Positions 36,746-48,244 of a stretch of 64,000 nt of DNA are shown in pieces. Positions within the stretch are counted from its first letter, which is position 1. Each line of letters opens with the position of its first letter. Both the position numbers and the translations under genes were made by a program. This DNA comes from Macrostomum lignano (lineage: Eukaryota): the NCBI GenBank assembly GCA_002269645.1, contig NIVC01000731.1, forward strand, positions 62,001 through 126,000. The letters run 5' to 3'. The notes beneath the pieces were generated by a model. It was given only the letters and a program-made list of their open reading frames with translations, was not told the DNA's origin and ran no database searches.

Positions 36746-37880
36746 ATCTAGGCTAGCTTTAATCAAATTTATAAATGGATTAGAAGCACTTATAATTTAA
36801 CACTTATACCAAGTCAGTTAGATTAAAAGTCACATGAAGCAGTGTTTTAATTTGGTAACAATCCCTTTATATATGCTATTGAAAAATAGTACATTTTTAA
36901 CAACAGAAAACAATAAGTCAAAAAATGGGGACCAAGGTAAAAGATACTTCAAAACAAAAACTTCAATGAATTCTACATAGAAAAATTGATATTAGTAATA
37001 TTGCATTAGTAATATATATCAAAAGGCATTTGTAAATAAAAAAGGTTGTATCTCTAAAGTAAATACATAAAATGTTCTGTTTTTTTGCTGATGCTAATTG
37101 TTGATTGCTGATGCTAATGTCTACTTAAGGCTTAAGCACTAGTCATCTTGGTGTCAATCAATTTCCCAGAATGAAGCCTTGATTGCTAGAATTGGCAAAA
37201 GCAATCTTAGATTTCTATATTACCTGGGTCATTTGCTTTACATTGTTAAAATGATATGAGTTGTCAATTAGGGCTAAATCTGACCCAGCTTAGTGTTTTC
37301 ACATCCAGCAAATTCAGCTTCAAATTTCTGGTTGCCATCTTTGATGGCTTTATAGACAACATTAACTGCTTGGTTCAAATCAGATTTAATTAACTTTGAG
37401 ATGTTTACAAAAGTTTAGCACTTTGGCTTATTGCTATTATTCAGTATTACAATCTGGCAGAAAGTCTAGCCAGTTGCTTTTAATTTTTTAACTAACCATT
37501 TAATTGGTTTAGGTTGCATCTTGCCTTTTATTCTCAGAGTGTCCTGCTTTGCCAACAGAGCTGTACTCAGCTATCAAGCTAGGAGGTTGTTGAATTTGCA
37601 GTCCAGTTTGTTTACATCTAGGCTAGCTTAAACAAATTTATAGTACTTATAATTCAACACTCATACCAAGTCAGTTAGAATAAATGTCACACAAAGCAAT
37701 GTTCTAATTTGGTAACAATCCATGCTATTCAAGTACATTAGTACATTATTCAAGCAACAAAAAACAATAAGTCAAAAACTAGAGACCAAAGTAAATTACA
37801 CTTGTAACTAAATCTAATAAAAACTCTGCATTGAAAAATTGATGTTTGCATTAGTAATATCTATCAAAAGTCATTTGTGA
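36746..37880. repeat. Diverged ~300-bp direct duplication (about 36746-37040 and 37616-37880)
   Basis: Shared colinear blocks: TCTAGGCTAGCTT, TACCAAGTCAGTTAG, TAATTTGGTAACAATCC, AACAATAAGTCAAAAA, GCATTAGTAATAT. Confidence 0.8.
37130..37600 (-). pseudogene. Possible heavily decayed non-LTR retrotransposon fragment
   Basis: Stop-riddled translation (ISKLIKSDLNQ...AIKDGNQK; CKANDPGNI) loosely recalls the linker between endonuclease and RT. Weak. Confidence 0.2.
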
Positions 37881-38127
37881 AAAGAATTTTTTTGCAAATA
37901 TAAAATTTTATGAAGGATAATATCTTTAAAGTATTAAAGTTTAATGCATTAAGATTCATTAAGATGTAGAAGGACACATAGTCACATCTAAAATCCAAGT
38001 TCAAAATACAATTTGGAAAGCCAGGGTTTTGTATGGCATCTTTATTGCTAAATTAGCCTAGATTTCTTTTTGCTAATACTAGGATACAAAATTTTATCTA
38101 AGGTTTGTTTAATTTGAAGAGCTAATC

Positions 38128-38185
38128 CAAGGTTTGCTGCTGCTGCTGTTGCGGCTATTGCGGCTGCTGCTGCAGCTGTTGCTGC

Positions 38186-38219
<34 letters not shown>

Positions 38220-38330
38220 ACTGTTGCGGCTGCTGCTGCGGCTATTGCTGCTGTTGCGGCTGTTGCTGCTGCTGCTGTTGCGGCTGTTGCGGCCGCTGCT
38301 GCTGCTGTTGTTGTTGTTGTTGTTGTTGCT
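38128..38330. repeat. CAG/CAA/CCG trinucleotide tract (minus strand), also at 38666-38748 and 43438-43480
   Basis: Direct reading. The tract is split by two retroelement insertions. Confidence 0.95.
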
Positions 38331-38665
38331 GATGTCTAGCAGTTTTCCGGTGGTTTCCTCTTCCACCACTCCCACACCTTCAGCGCTTCCTCCGCATTCG
38401 TGTGGACCTCGCTCAGGATCCCGCTCCTCCATCCCCTCCAGCAGCTGTCCAGGACCGGGCAGGCCACCACGTGCTCGATGGTCTCCTCTTCCATACCACA
38501 GTGTCTGCACTTCCCTTCCTGCTGCAGCCCGATCCTCTTCCTAAACGCCGCCAACTCCAGGGAGTGACCCGTGCGCCACCGTCTAAAGCTGACTTCCATT
38601 TTCCTGCTCGCGAATTCCGGCTCTTTCCTTGGCCCCTCCGATCCGCCGTACGTCTCTCTCATCCT
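38312..38665 (-). mobile_element. 5'-truncated non-LTR (Ingi/I-group-like) 3' fragment with (CAA)n tail
   Basis: RRWRTGHS...CRHCGMEEETIEHVVACP is the C-terminal CCHC region, followed by a stop and about (CAA)6. Its sequence differs from the adjacent long element. Confidence 0.8.
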
Positions 38666-38772
38666 CTGCTGCTGCTGTTGCTGCTACTGTTGCGGCTGTT
38701 GCTGCTGTTGCGGCTGTTGCTGCTGTTGTTGTTGTTGTTGTTGTTGTTTTGGTGGTACGCGCCCAGGCAGAG

Positions 38773-41700
38773 CTAAGGGCAGTGTCTGGCCAGCGCTATC
38801 AACCCGAGGGGGTCGGCGGAAATGCTGCTGATGTCTGTCGTGGGTCCTCCAAGAAGGCGGAGCCTGGTGCCGGCGAGAGCTGGGCAGTCAAGCCAGTGTT
38901 CCAGGTCATCGCAGGGATGGCCGCAGCGGTGACATGCTGGGTCGACGGCCGGGTCGACAATGCTGCGATACGCGTTGAAAAGAGTGCAGTGACCTGAGCG
39001 TAAGCGCGCAAGAAGCACCGCATCGGCACGGTTGGTGATGGAGTCCTCTTCCAATTGACGGTTGAGAAGCCGGTACGCGTGCCGGGTGCGCTCGTGGCGT
39101 ATCGGGGGATCGAGGACGGATCTTCTGATGACGTTTTTGGCGCTGTGGATGCTGATCTGACTAGCGGGAGACACGAGCGTGGTGGCCTCTTTGGCTGCTT
39201 GGTCGGCCAGCTCGTTGCCAGGAATATTCTGGTGGCCCGGAACCCACTGCCAGGTGATTTCGGCAGATGCAGTAGGTAGTGCAGATCTGATTCTGGGGTT
39301 GCCGCTGGCCAGAGCGCGGAGCATAGATTGGCTGTCTGAGCAGATGTTGGTAGCCGCGGTGAGAGCAGCTTGGTTGATCCAGCCGATGGCGAGAGAGGCG
39401 GCGCGAAGCTCCTCTTCGAACGAGGATGTGGAGGGCGCGCCGCGCTGTTGAAGAGTCGCCAGGATGATAGGGTGGGCTGGGTCACCGGTCGTGACGATGG
39501 CTGAGGCGCCGCCATTGGTCGTGCCGCCTGATGCCGAGCCGTCGCAGTAGATGGTGATCAGGCCTGGGAGGTGGCGGATAGTGTCGATGGCCGTGGCTGT
39601 GCGCGCGGGACCGGGTTCCGGCAACGCCATGTCGACACGCACGTCGGTAGAGAAAGGGTCCCAAGGCGGCGGACGAGCAGTGCAGATCATGGCGCGCGGC
39701 GTGACCGAGCTAGCAATGAGTGGCAGCAGGTCGGTGACGTGGTTCCGCCAACTGTTCCTGCGTAGCCTGTGCGCTGTGTTTCCAGTGGCGGCAATGCGGC
39801 ACGGGTGAGAATCCGGGAGGCGCTGAGCTCTTTCGAAGGCCGTCAGGCATATAACATTGCTACCAGTGCGGACGGAGCAGATGCCAGCTTCCAGCCTAAG
39901 GGCCTCAACCGGAGTCGTGCGGTGTTGTCCTGTGACAATACGAAGGGCTGCGTTCTGCGCTCTCTCCAGCTGTTGAAACGCGGATTCAGAGAGCCAAGGG
40001 TGCCAGGCCGGCGCAGCGAAGTTAATGATGCTAAGTTGCATGGCACGGTAAATGCGGAGCAGGAGTTTTTTGGACCATCCCCATTCCTTGGAGGCCAGGC
40101 AGGCGAGGAGACGGCATCGGGAAGTGGTCCGATTGCACACGTGCTCCAGATGACTGCGGAAACTCAGAGTGCGGTCCAGTGTGAGGCCCAGCAGCCGAGG
40201 CGTTGGATTGTGCCGCAGGTTCCGGCCTTCGATAGAGATAGCCGGGGACCAGGCGGCTTCGCTGGTGTCTGTGGAGAAAAAGGCGGCCTCGCTTTTGTCT
40301 GGGTTTAGGACCATTTTGTGCTCATTGCTCCAGCGGGCCACGTTGTCGAGTGCTCTTTGCACAGCGCGTTGAGCCTCGAGCTTGTTGCGGTGGCGGGCGC
40401 GGAGGGCGATGTCGTCGGCATACATGGAGATCTCTGCCGGCGGGTTGACCACGTCATTGACCGTGTCAATGAAAATAAGGAAGAGAAACGGAGCGATGAC
40501 CGATCCTTGCGGGAGGCCCTGGCGCATGATAACCGGTGAGCTGCGAGCACCGTGGAGTTGCACGCGGGCAATGCGATGGCGCAAAAAGGCCGCAGTCCAT
40601 TTGATAAAGACAAGAGGGACGCGTTTGCGTGCCATAACGGTGATGAGGCGCTCACGCCACACTTTGTCAAAGGCTTTACAAAAATCAAGCAGAGCAATGA
40701 TCGTGCGTTCAGATGGTTTGAGGTTCATCCCGTCGCTGATGTCTTGGGTGACTCTCAGGAGCTGATCCTCGCAGGAGTAGTTGGCCCGAAACCCCGCCTG
40801 GTTCGGGGAGATCCAGCCGTGGCGCTCAGCCAGGTGGTGCAATCTAGTGACCAGGATGCGCTCGAGCAGCTTGACAATACAGGATGTGAGGCTGATGGGG
40901 CGAAAGGCCGCGATGTCCCGAGCTGACTTTCCAGCCTTGAGCAGGGGAATAATAATCGCGGTGCGCCAGGATTGAGCGACGGCCGCGTGCTGGAAGGACC
41001 AGTTGAATAGACTAAGCAGCTCTGCGCGGGCGAGCGGGCCAAGGGCCTTAATGAACCGAGGCGTGACCTCGTCGGCGCCAGCAGCGCCGTTAGCACGCTG
41101 GTGTTGGATGGCGGAGTCCAGTTCCTGCTCGGTGATGGCGGCGTAACCGTCGTGGGTCGAACCTGGGAGCGGAAGGGGAAGCCGAAGGATGGCTTTGGCT
41201 TCTCGGATAGTAGCGCGATCCGAATGGGAAATGTGGTACCTGCTGACAGAGGCGTACTGCTTGGCAAAGGCGTTGGCTTTGTCTCTAGGGTCTGTTAACA
41301 CTGTTGCCGACCTGGAGGGCCTCATTAGGGCAGTTGGAGTCCGGAGTGCCGTTAAGGCTGCGGATGAACTTCCACGCCTTGTTCGAGTTGGGCTCTTTCT
41401 CAAGATCGGTTATCGTGTCACGCCAAGCAGCCTCTTTCGTTGCCCTGGCAATTTTGTGAACGTTGGCGCAGGCGCTGAGCCAATCTTCTCTATTCTCGCC
41501 AACGGAGCGCCTGAGGCGGTTACGGAGCTTAATCGCCGCTTTGAGTTCAGGGGTGAGCCAGGGACGCGGTCTGTGCGAGGTACGGACTTTGCCGATGCAA
41601 AGGTTTGCCGCTTGCATGACTATATCATTAAAGCGTTTGGCTCTGGCGTCAAAGGTAAGATGCTCTTTGTGAAGGGCTTTAAATTTGTCCTCGACGACCG

Positions 41701-43219
41701 TTTGGAAAGCATTCCAGTCGACCCCTTGTTTGCGCCATATGAGACGGCTTTGGGCCTTAGGCAAGGTCCTAACCTTGAGGTCAAGGCGTATCACAATCGG
41801 CGTGTGATCACTGCCGAGGTCATCGGAGACTTGCCAGGTGCATTTGCTAGCCAGCTTTGAGGAGGCGAAGGACACATCCGGTGAGCTTTCGCCACCTGTG
41901 GCTTTATTGACTCTGGTGGGCGAGCCGTCGTTAAGGATTTCCAGTTGCGTGTCGATGGACCAGTCCAGGAGCGTGGAGCCTCGTTCGTCCTGGGGCTGTA
42001 TAGGGTCCCAGGCCGGAGAGTGGCTGTTGAAGTCTCCTAGGATGATGCCCTGAGACGGAGTGCCCAGGTGATTCCAGTCCGGAAGCTGTCGATCCTCGAC
42101 GCAGGTGCGGACAGGTGGAGCATAGACGTTGGTGATGGTAATCCAGTTAGCGGTAGATATCTGGATGTCGACCGTCTGGATTTCCATGTCCGCTGTGGCC
42201 GTGGGTTGCGGGGACGAGCGGAAGGCCAGCTTGTCTCTGATGAGAAGCAGCAGACCTCCACCGCTGCCGTCGCCGCGGTCTTTGCGCACGGCGATGTACC
42301 CGTTGATCTTTGGCAGCTGCGTGCGGTTGGAGAGCTTCGTTTCTTGGACAGCTGCAATGTCGATATCGCTGTCGGAGAGGCGTTCGGCCAGCTCGGGCAG
42401 TTTGGAGGCGATTCCGTCGGCGTTCCACTGGAGAAGACGGAGGCTGTCGGCAAATTTAGTGTCGCGGGCGACCTTGTCCTGCAGGGGGACGCGCGACGTA
42501 GCTGCCGAAGGGGCGGGAGCTCCTTGGGTGCGCGCTGTGCAAACTGGGCAGTCCCAAGGGCTGCGAGCCGCGGCATCCGCGGCGTTGCGATTAAGGCCGG
42601 TGCAGCACTTGTGGTAAGCGGCGCTGCAGGAGTTGCACTTGACAAACGCGACGCCGCGGCGAATGGCGGTCGAGCATTTAGCACAGTAGCGGCGCTGGGC
42701 GTCGCTTGGATCGTTCAGATCTCTGTCGGTAGTGGGATCAGCTTGTCTGCGGGTAAGAGCAGGGCGGCGGAAGATGGAGTGTGCGCCTGGAAGTTGGACC
42801 GCCTGCTGCCGATGCAGAGGGCAGAGCCAGCTGGGGGCGCCACGATACCGCGAGATGTGGCTGCAGTTGCTGGAGCGGTGGCAGGCCAGAGCGCAACCTT
42901 TGGCAGCGCAAGTGAGCGGAGTAGTGCCAGTGCGGATGGGCCCTGAGCAGCTGTGACAGCGCGTTGGCTGAGACATGCGGGGCTCGGGTGCCGGGAGGTC
43001 ACGCAGGTGCGCAGCGGATGCCGAGTCCAATTCAAGGGGGCGGTGCACAGAGCAGCGCCACGGAGATCGGACAATCTCGGCGCGGTGCATACCGCTGCAT
43101 TTCTTCTGACAGTGACAGCGCTCGGAACATTCTGGGACCTCACATGGCAGGCTGTGCATGCCCGTGCGGATTGGGCCGTTGCATGAGTTGCAGGCTGGGC
43201 CGGGATTAGTTTCGATGTC
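38773..43219 (-). CDS. Retrotransposon polyprotein with one frameshift near 41300
   Basis: ORFs 41285..43159 and 38773..41403 join as ...LQVGN/(V)LTDPRDKANAF. The frame extends upstream of ATG 43159 through DIETNPGP. Confidence 0.88.
43196..43219 (-). other. 2A/StopGo motif DIETNPG|P, in frame with the polyprotein
   Basis: GAC ATC GAA ACT AAT CCC GGC CCA, preceded by the hydrophobic helix YLSRLVLFALALTTLAG. Matches D(V/I)ExNPGP. Confidence 0.9.
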
Positions 43220-43349
43220 CCCGGCGAGCGTAGTGAGGGCGAGCGCAAAGAGGACGAGGCGGGACAGATAGACAGCAGCAAAACAACCGGTCTCCCTGCC
43301 AGCCGTGCCGAAGGCACGCGAGGGCAGATGGGTTGAAGACCACGACTTA

Positions 43350-43422
43350 GGAGCTTTGGTGTTAAAACCGGGTCGCCGCGATGAGGCAGCTCCTTTGACC
43401 GCACCAGAAGGTGCACCAACCC
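43350..43422 (-). ncRNA. Candidate HDV-like self-cleaving ribozyme at the element 5' end
   Basis: P1 GGGUU/GACCC, J1/2 hairpin GCACC/GGUGC, P2 GGAGCU/AGCUCC, P3 GCC/GGC, L3 UCAUCGC, GG after P1, J4/2 CCAA. Manual fold only. Confidence 0.6.
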
Positions 43423-44375
43423 TATGGGGCTGATCGGGCTGCTGTTGCAGCAGCTGCTGCTGTTGTGGCTGTTGCTGCTTTTTTTCTTCTGTTTTTTTGC
43501 TTTAGCAGTTTTTCATGCTCTTTCTGCTTTTTGCTTTCTAGCGTTGTCGGCCAGTCTTTTTTTAAATCAATTGACTTAAGTCTAGAAAACAGGACTGGAG
43601 CCTTTCGAGGGCTCAAATTTAGCTCGACAGAATTTCTGCACTTAGGCATCTGAAATACATGATATACAGGCACCTTATCATGTTTTATATGGGAGAGAAG
43701 GGCTCAGGAGATGCTTACGATTGAGTGAATGCTTGCTATCAAAGAAAGCCCGATTTCAAGGGTGCTTGCTATTGGGAGGAAGCGCAGTGAATGCTTACTA
43801 TTAGGAGACGATTCCAATTATTGCTTCCTTATTGCATCTTTAAATTAAATTTAAGCATTCTAAGGGGGCAAATTTAGTGATGGTTCCAAGATTGTTAAGC
43901 TGACCTGCATTTTCTGTTCATAAATACGTACAGATACTAGTTTGCGAAAGAAAAGAGAGAAAATTAACACGCGCAACAAGACGTTAATCAATATCGGCTA
44001 ATATTGTTATATCAATCACTTCATGATATATTTCAATTCATTATGTCATAATTTTTAAAGTTCTGTATCTCTGTTGTCATAATATAATGCAAAAGCGAGG
44101 CAGAAACGGAATAAAAAAGGGAAAAAAGTACGAAGGACTACGGACGAGCAGTACGAAAGATTGGGGGGGGGCATGGTGAGCAAGAGCAATAGATGGCAAG
44201 GTGCGTAGAACAATGAATGGTAAAACAGATTGACAGAAATTAACATAGGGGTCGTGACGTCTTGGCCAGTGCACAATAGAATGCACTGTTCACTTTCACG
44301 CCGGCGATGAGGCGCATCACGTTTGTGAAAGAAAAATTAATGTGAGCTTTTGTACCCATCTTTCGGGTACATGGA

Positions 44376-44650
44376 TTGGTCAAAGCAATTCTGCACATTG
44401 ACGATCTAGTTAATAATTCCATAAATACATTTCAGGCATATGGATTGGTCAAAGCAATTCTGCACATTGACGATCCAGTTAATAACTCCATAAATACATT
44501 TCAGGCATATGGATTGGTCAAAGCAATTCTGCACATTGACAATCCGGTTAATAATTCCATAAATACATTTCAGGCATATGGATTGGTCAAAGCAATTCTG
44601 CACATTGATGATCCAGTTAATAACTCCATAAATACATTTCAGGCATATGT
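44376..44650. repeat. 66-bp tandem repeat, 4 copies
   Basis: (CATA)TGGATTGGTCAAAGCAATTCTGCACATTGACGATCCAGTTAATAACTCCATAAATACATTTCAGG. Confidence 0.95.
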
Positions 44651-45134
44651 ACCCAGCAAGTAAGCTGTGACCCTCTGATCCCGGGAACGCCCAGGACTGA
44701 GAATAATATCTTTAGAGTATAGGGATAGGATAGACGGTGCCTAAAAGACTGCTCAGGCCAGAAAGTACAATAGAAGTACAGACGCTACCAATAAAAGTTC
44801 ATACACTACCAATAGAAGTATATGCGCTACTAGTAAAAGGCAAGTAATAACCAGTAAGATTAATAAAAAGAAATAACCCCTGTTACAACTGGTGGCAATT
44901 AGTGGGAAAATTGGAGGATAGAAGTAAAACCTAGGACAATATACACGAATCTAATATACTTAAGAAAAGAGCATTGACTTTATACATGAGGTCACGGAAA
45001 GCACTGTCGATTGGAACTTTTTATGAATAATCACTAGAATAAACGGGCTAAAATTCTAGCTCACACAGCATATAATGAATGAATAGGCCTAATTAAAATT
45101 CTAACCTGACACTGTCTGATGACCGTCCATACAT

Positions 45135-45290
45135 GCGCAACTTTGGGAATCACCCGGCCATTTCTATTGGCAACACACACATGTAAGTCGCTATTGGCTA
45201 AGAGCAGTCACGTGACTACTATTCCGTCAAATAGCGACTTACATGTGTGTGTTGCCAATAGAAACGGCCAAGTGAATCCCAAGGTTGCGC
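45135..45290. mobile_element. Palindromic MITE-like element, ~60-bp arms
   Basis: GCGCAAC...CATGTAAGTCGCTATT pairs with AATAGCGACTTACATG...GTTGCGC. TSD not resolved. Confidence 0.65.
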
Positions 45291-45455
45291 CTAAGCATGA
45301 CCGTAACCGTAAGTGTGAAATGCGTTCATAGTAGGCGTAATTCTTTCCGTTGATGTTGAGTCTTCTAGTATGGCCCGCAATTGGCTACCAATTTTGCAAG
45401 TGTGAAGTACTTGTTATTGTCTCGGGGTTGTCTCGAGGTGGCCTGGTAGGTCTTT

Positions 45456-45475
45456 GAATCCCACCGCTGCCACCA
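45456..45475 (-). promoter_or_regulatory. Primer-binding site complementary to the tRNA-Leu 3' end
   Basis: TGGTGGCAGCGGTGGGATTC, one base after the LTR-terminal CA. Confidence 0.85.
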
Positions 45476-45476
45476 A

Positions 45477-46509
45477 TGAGGTACTTGGTTCCGGCTACTT
45501 CCCTGTCAGTCACGTGAGCTGCCTACTTTGAGCTCTTGGTAGACTCTCCCAGGAAGTCTTCTAGCAATCCTTAGTAGTGTTGGTAGTGCTGCCACCAGCT
45601 CGCTCGGATCTTGTCCTTCGGTGAGGGAGACTCCGGGCTGAGCGAAATAAACGAGACACAAGAACTCAGCACGTCGTGCAGATTTGACAGTTCGTATCGG
45701 TGCACACCTTGTCAGCGGTCCTGCCGGGCTCAAGTGTGGGGATGAGGAACTGTGCTAGTCTCTGTTAGTTCGGTTGGGATTTAGCACACTCAAGGACACA
45801 CAGTCGCAGATGGATCAGAAATCAGATAGGTTGGCTAAGGCCTAGCACAAGCTGCGCTGGACTTCCAAGAGAGAAGTTATCAGAAGAGTTAACGCACAGG
45901 TAAACGAGAGGTTTCACAGAGGGTGGGGGGGGGTTGCCAAACAGAGGCACGAGAGGCCTGTACTTATAGGGTAGCGGATCAATTTCACCATACCATGCAA
46001 CACCCCATTGCGCCAGAGTGCACAAGGCCGCTCTCACTGCCCCCAATCTGGCATGATTCAGATCTAAATTTAGAAACAGGCGCAGAACCCCCAACTTGAG
46101 AGGCAAGGACGCCTTTCCTAATTTAGAGCCTGACACATGAGATTGCACAAGGGAGCGCAAAAGGACAGAGCGCCTGGGGCACGTGATCCGCTCCCGTACG
46201 GCCAGACAGAGAGAGGACAGCCGGAACTAGCTGGACTCGAGCCAAAAGAATGCAGTCACACAAAAGGGGGGGGAAGGGGACAGACAAAGAATCAAGGACA
46301 GGCTAAGCGGAGAAGCTTAGACGCTGGGAACGCAAACGAACCGGAAAAAAGGGGGGGACAAAAGGGAGCGCAGGCAGACAAAAGGACAACACGGGAGGGA
46401 GAGGGAGAGAGAGGAGTGGGAGAGGGAGAGAGGGAGGGAGAGCTGCGGCCAGCGGCAGCCAACAGCTCAGGAGGGCGCAGGGCACAGCTGACAAAGGGGG
46501 CACCTAACA
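45477..46509 (-). mobile_element. Gypsy-type 5' LTR (~1033 bp, LTR-D) with PBS; internal region truncated
   Basis: Minus strand reads TGTTAGG...ACCTCA, then T and the PBS. Confidence 0.75.
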
Positions 46510-48244
46510 CTAAACTAGTGCTCACTTCACAAGCAACATCATATATAAAAATAAGATTCTGTGCTGCTGGCTGGTTGCATAGATATTTTTTAGGCAATAT
46601 ATTCAGCATAGGCGAGACCGCTTTTGCCATTGGACCAAATATCAGTACAAGCACCAATAAAATTGTGACGACAGCTGATAGCAAAGAAACCGTGGATATC
46701 GAGTCCATGCCGCCACATACCAAGTCACCAGCATGAAAATTAGAACAAGCATCGTTTGTCTCGTTGCTGGAAGCATCTGTTGATCTATTTTCTGGTACAT
46801 GGACAAACAGAGCTGGCATAACTCCGTTAGATGGCAGAACGTCCTGTTTATTGCCGGCAGACCATCAGCTGCTAAAATAGTAGGATGCTCGGTGCACTCC
46901 TAAACAATTAGAAGCATGGCAATTCTTATGACTAATGCAGATAAGTTGCAAAAAACCTTGCTAATTCAACAAACAAATGCGGAAACTTTTTTATGGCATT
47001 TAAAAAATAGTGTCCCAAACTTTTCTCAATTCTGCCTGTACAACTAAAAATAGACGAAAAAAATAAAATAATGAATATATTTATGCTGTTTGGAATTCAA
47101 TTCGTCGGCCACATAGTGACATCCAGAATTAACTGACAATAGCGCTGCATAGTGCCATGACAATAAAATGTTTGATAGAAGTTGTTAAAATTCTGAAAAT
47201 AGCAGCATGTGAGTCATTTAACAAGTATTTAACCTTTGCTATGACAATTTTTTCATTGATTCTAAGCCTAACAAGGCTTCATTTGAAAGTTTCAAGCCTC
47301 TATTTTTGTATTAAGGAAAAAGTAAAGTAATTGACAGTATGTTCATTTAATGTACCATTAGCTGGACCTTTGAAAATGTCCCAGAGAGCAGAATCGTCCA
47401 GAGAGCTTTCCATAACAACAATGTCGCTTCGCACATTAGACTGTTGATAAGTTCAAGCAATCTAATGTCCACGAAAGAGACAGGGTCCTGCTTGCTGATT
47501 GGGCACGGTGCTACCATAGGCGGAAAATTGCTTAAAAAATTCACTGGAAAAGTTATTTGTCACAATTGACAATCGAGTTATTAAGGATTCCATGGAAGAA
47601 AAAATTAAAATTGTACTCGTTTGTTTTAGCTTAAAAAACAATTTTCTGTTTTTACCATAGATTATATTGGAAATTTACTGCAATGTAATTGAATTCTTTC
47701 AAATTGTTGTCAATATGCGTATTAAAGAAGAGTTATTACGAGCTACAATTTAAATCGAAACAAATTCACAAATTTTTTCAGCAAGTCCATGAATATTGTA
47801 TTGTATGCATATTTTAAATCTACTCGAAGCTTAGCACACTGTCTTACATGAAGCAAAACAACTCAAAGCAGCATGGTGCTGCGGCGTTTCACAAACCCCA
47901 AATTTTACAATATAAAAATTTTTTTTATATTCTTTCACCTTAATATCTAACCCCAAACCATGTGAATATGTTCTTGATGCTATGAAATTTCGGGTTTGTG
48001 AAAGCACCCCTATCGTACAAGGTTTTGTATTACCTTACAATTCAAATTAGAATCGTTACAATTGCAATTTAATATATAGACTTCAAAGGGGACATTTAGC
48101 GGGTTGATTTTCCTGGAGGCTTTGACTACAATAACTGAGTGGGTCGAAAAATTGTGCTACTAAATTTTCTGACTTCATAACTGTCCAATACTTGCGTTGC
48201 AGTTCAACTGTTGCAGTTCTGGATTCGCACTTTCCACAAAACGC

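Larger units (their letters stand above)
38729..43437 (-). mobile_element. Near full-length Ingi-like non-LTR retrotransposon (~4.7 kb), single ORF: 2A-PHD-APE-RT-RNaseH-CCHC, (CAA)n tail
   Basis: APE motifs WNADGI, QETK, GDFNSH, SDH. RT motifs QAGFR, DFCKAFD, PQGS, YADD. RNase H motifs YCDGS, SDSQS, WVPGH..IPGNELAD. No separate ORF1. Candidate low-complexity TSD CAACAGCAGC. Confidence 0.9.

Noticed and set aside
39055-43419. Antisense and alternate-frame ORFs over the retrotransposon and the Chapaev transposase
   Set aside because: Expected shadow ORFs of GC-rich coding sequence, with no independent motifs.
45456-45475. tRNA-Leu gene
   Set aside because: Only the 3' 20 nt including CCA are present, with no D or anticodon arms. 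The position beside an LTR identifies it as a PBS.
47504-47545. True 12/23 RSS pair at the Chapaev ends
   Set aside because: Only the heptamer resembles an RSS. The ends are symmetric, there is no ACAAAAACC nonamer, and the TSD is 4 bp.
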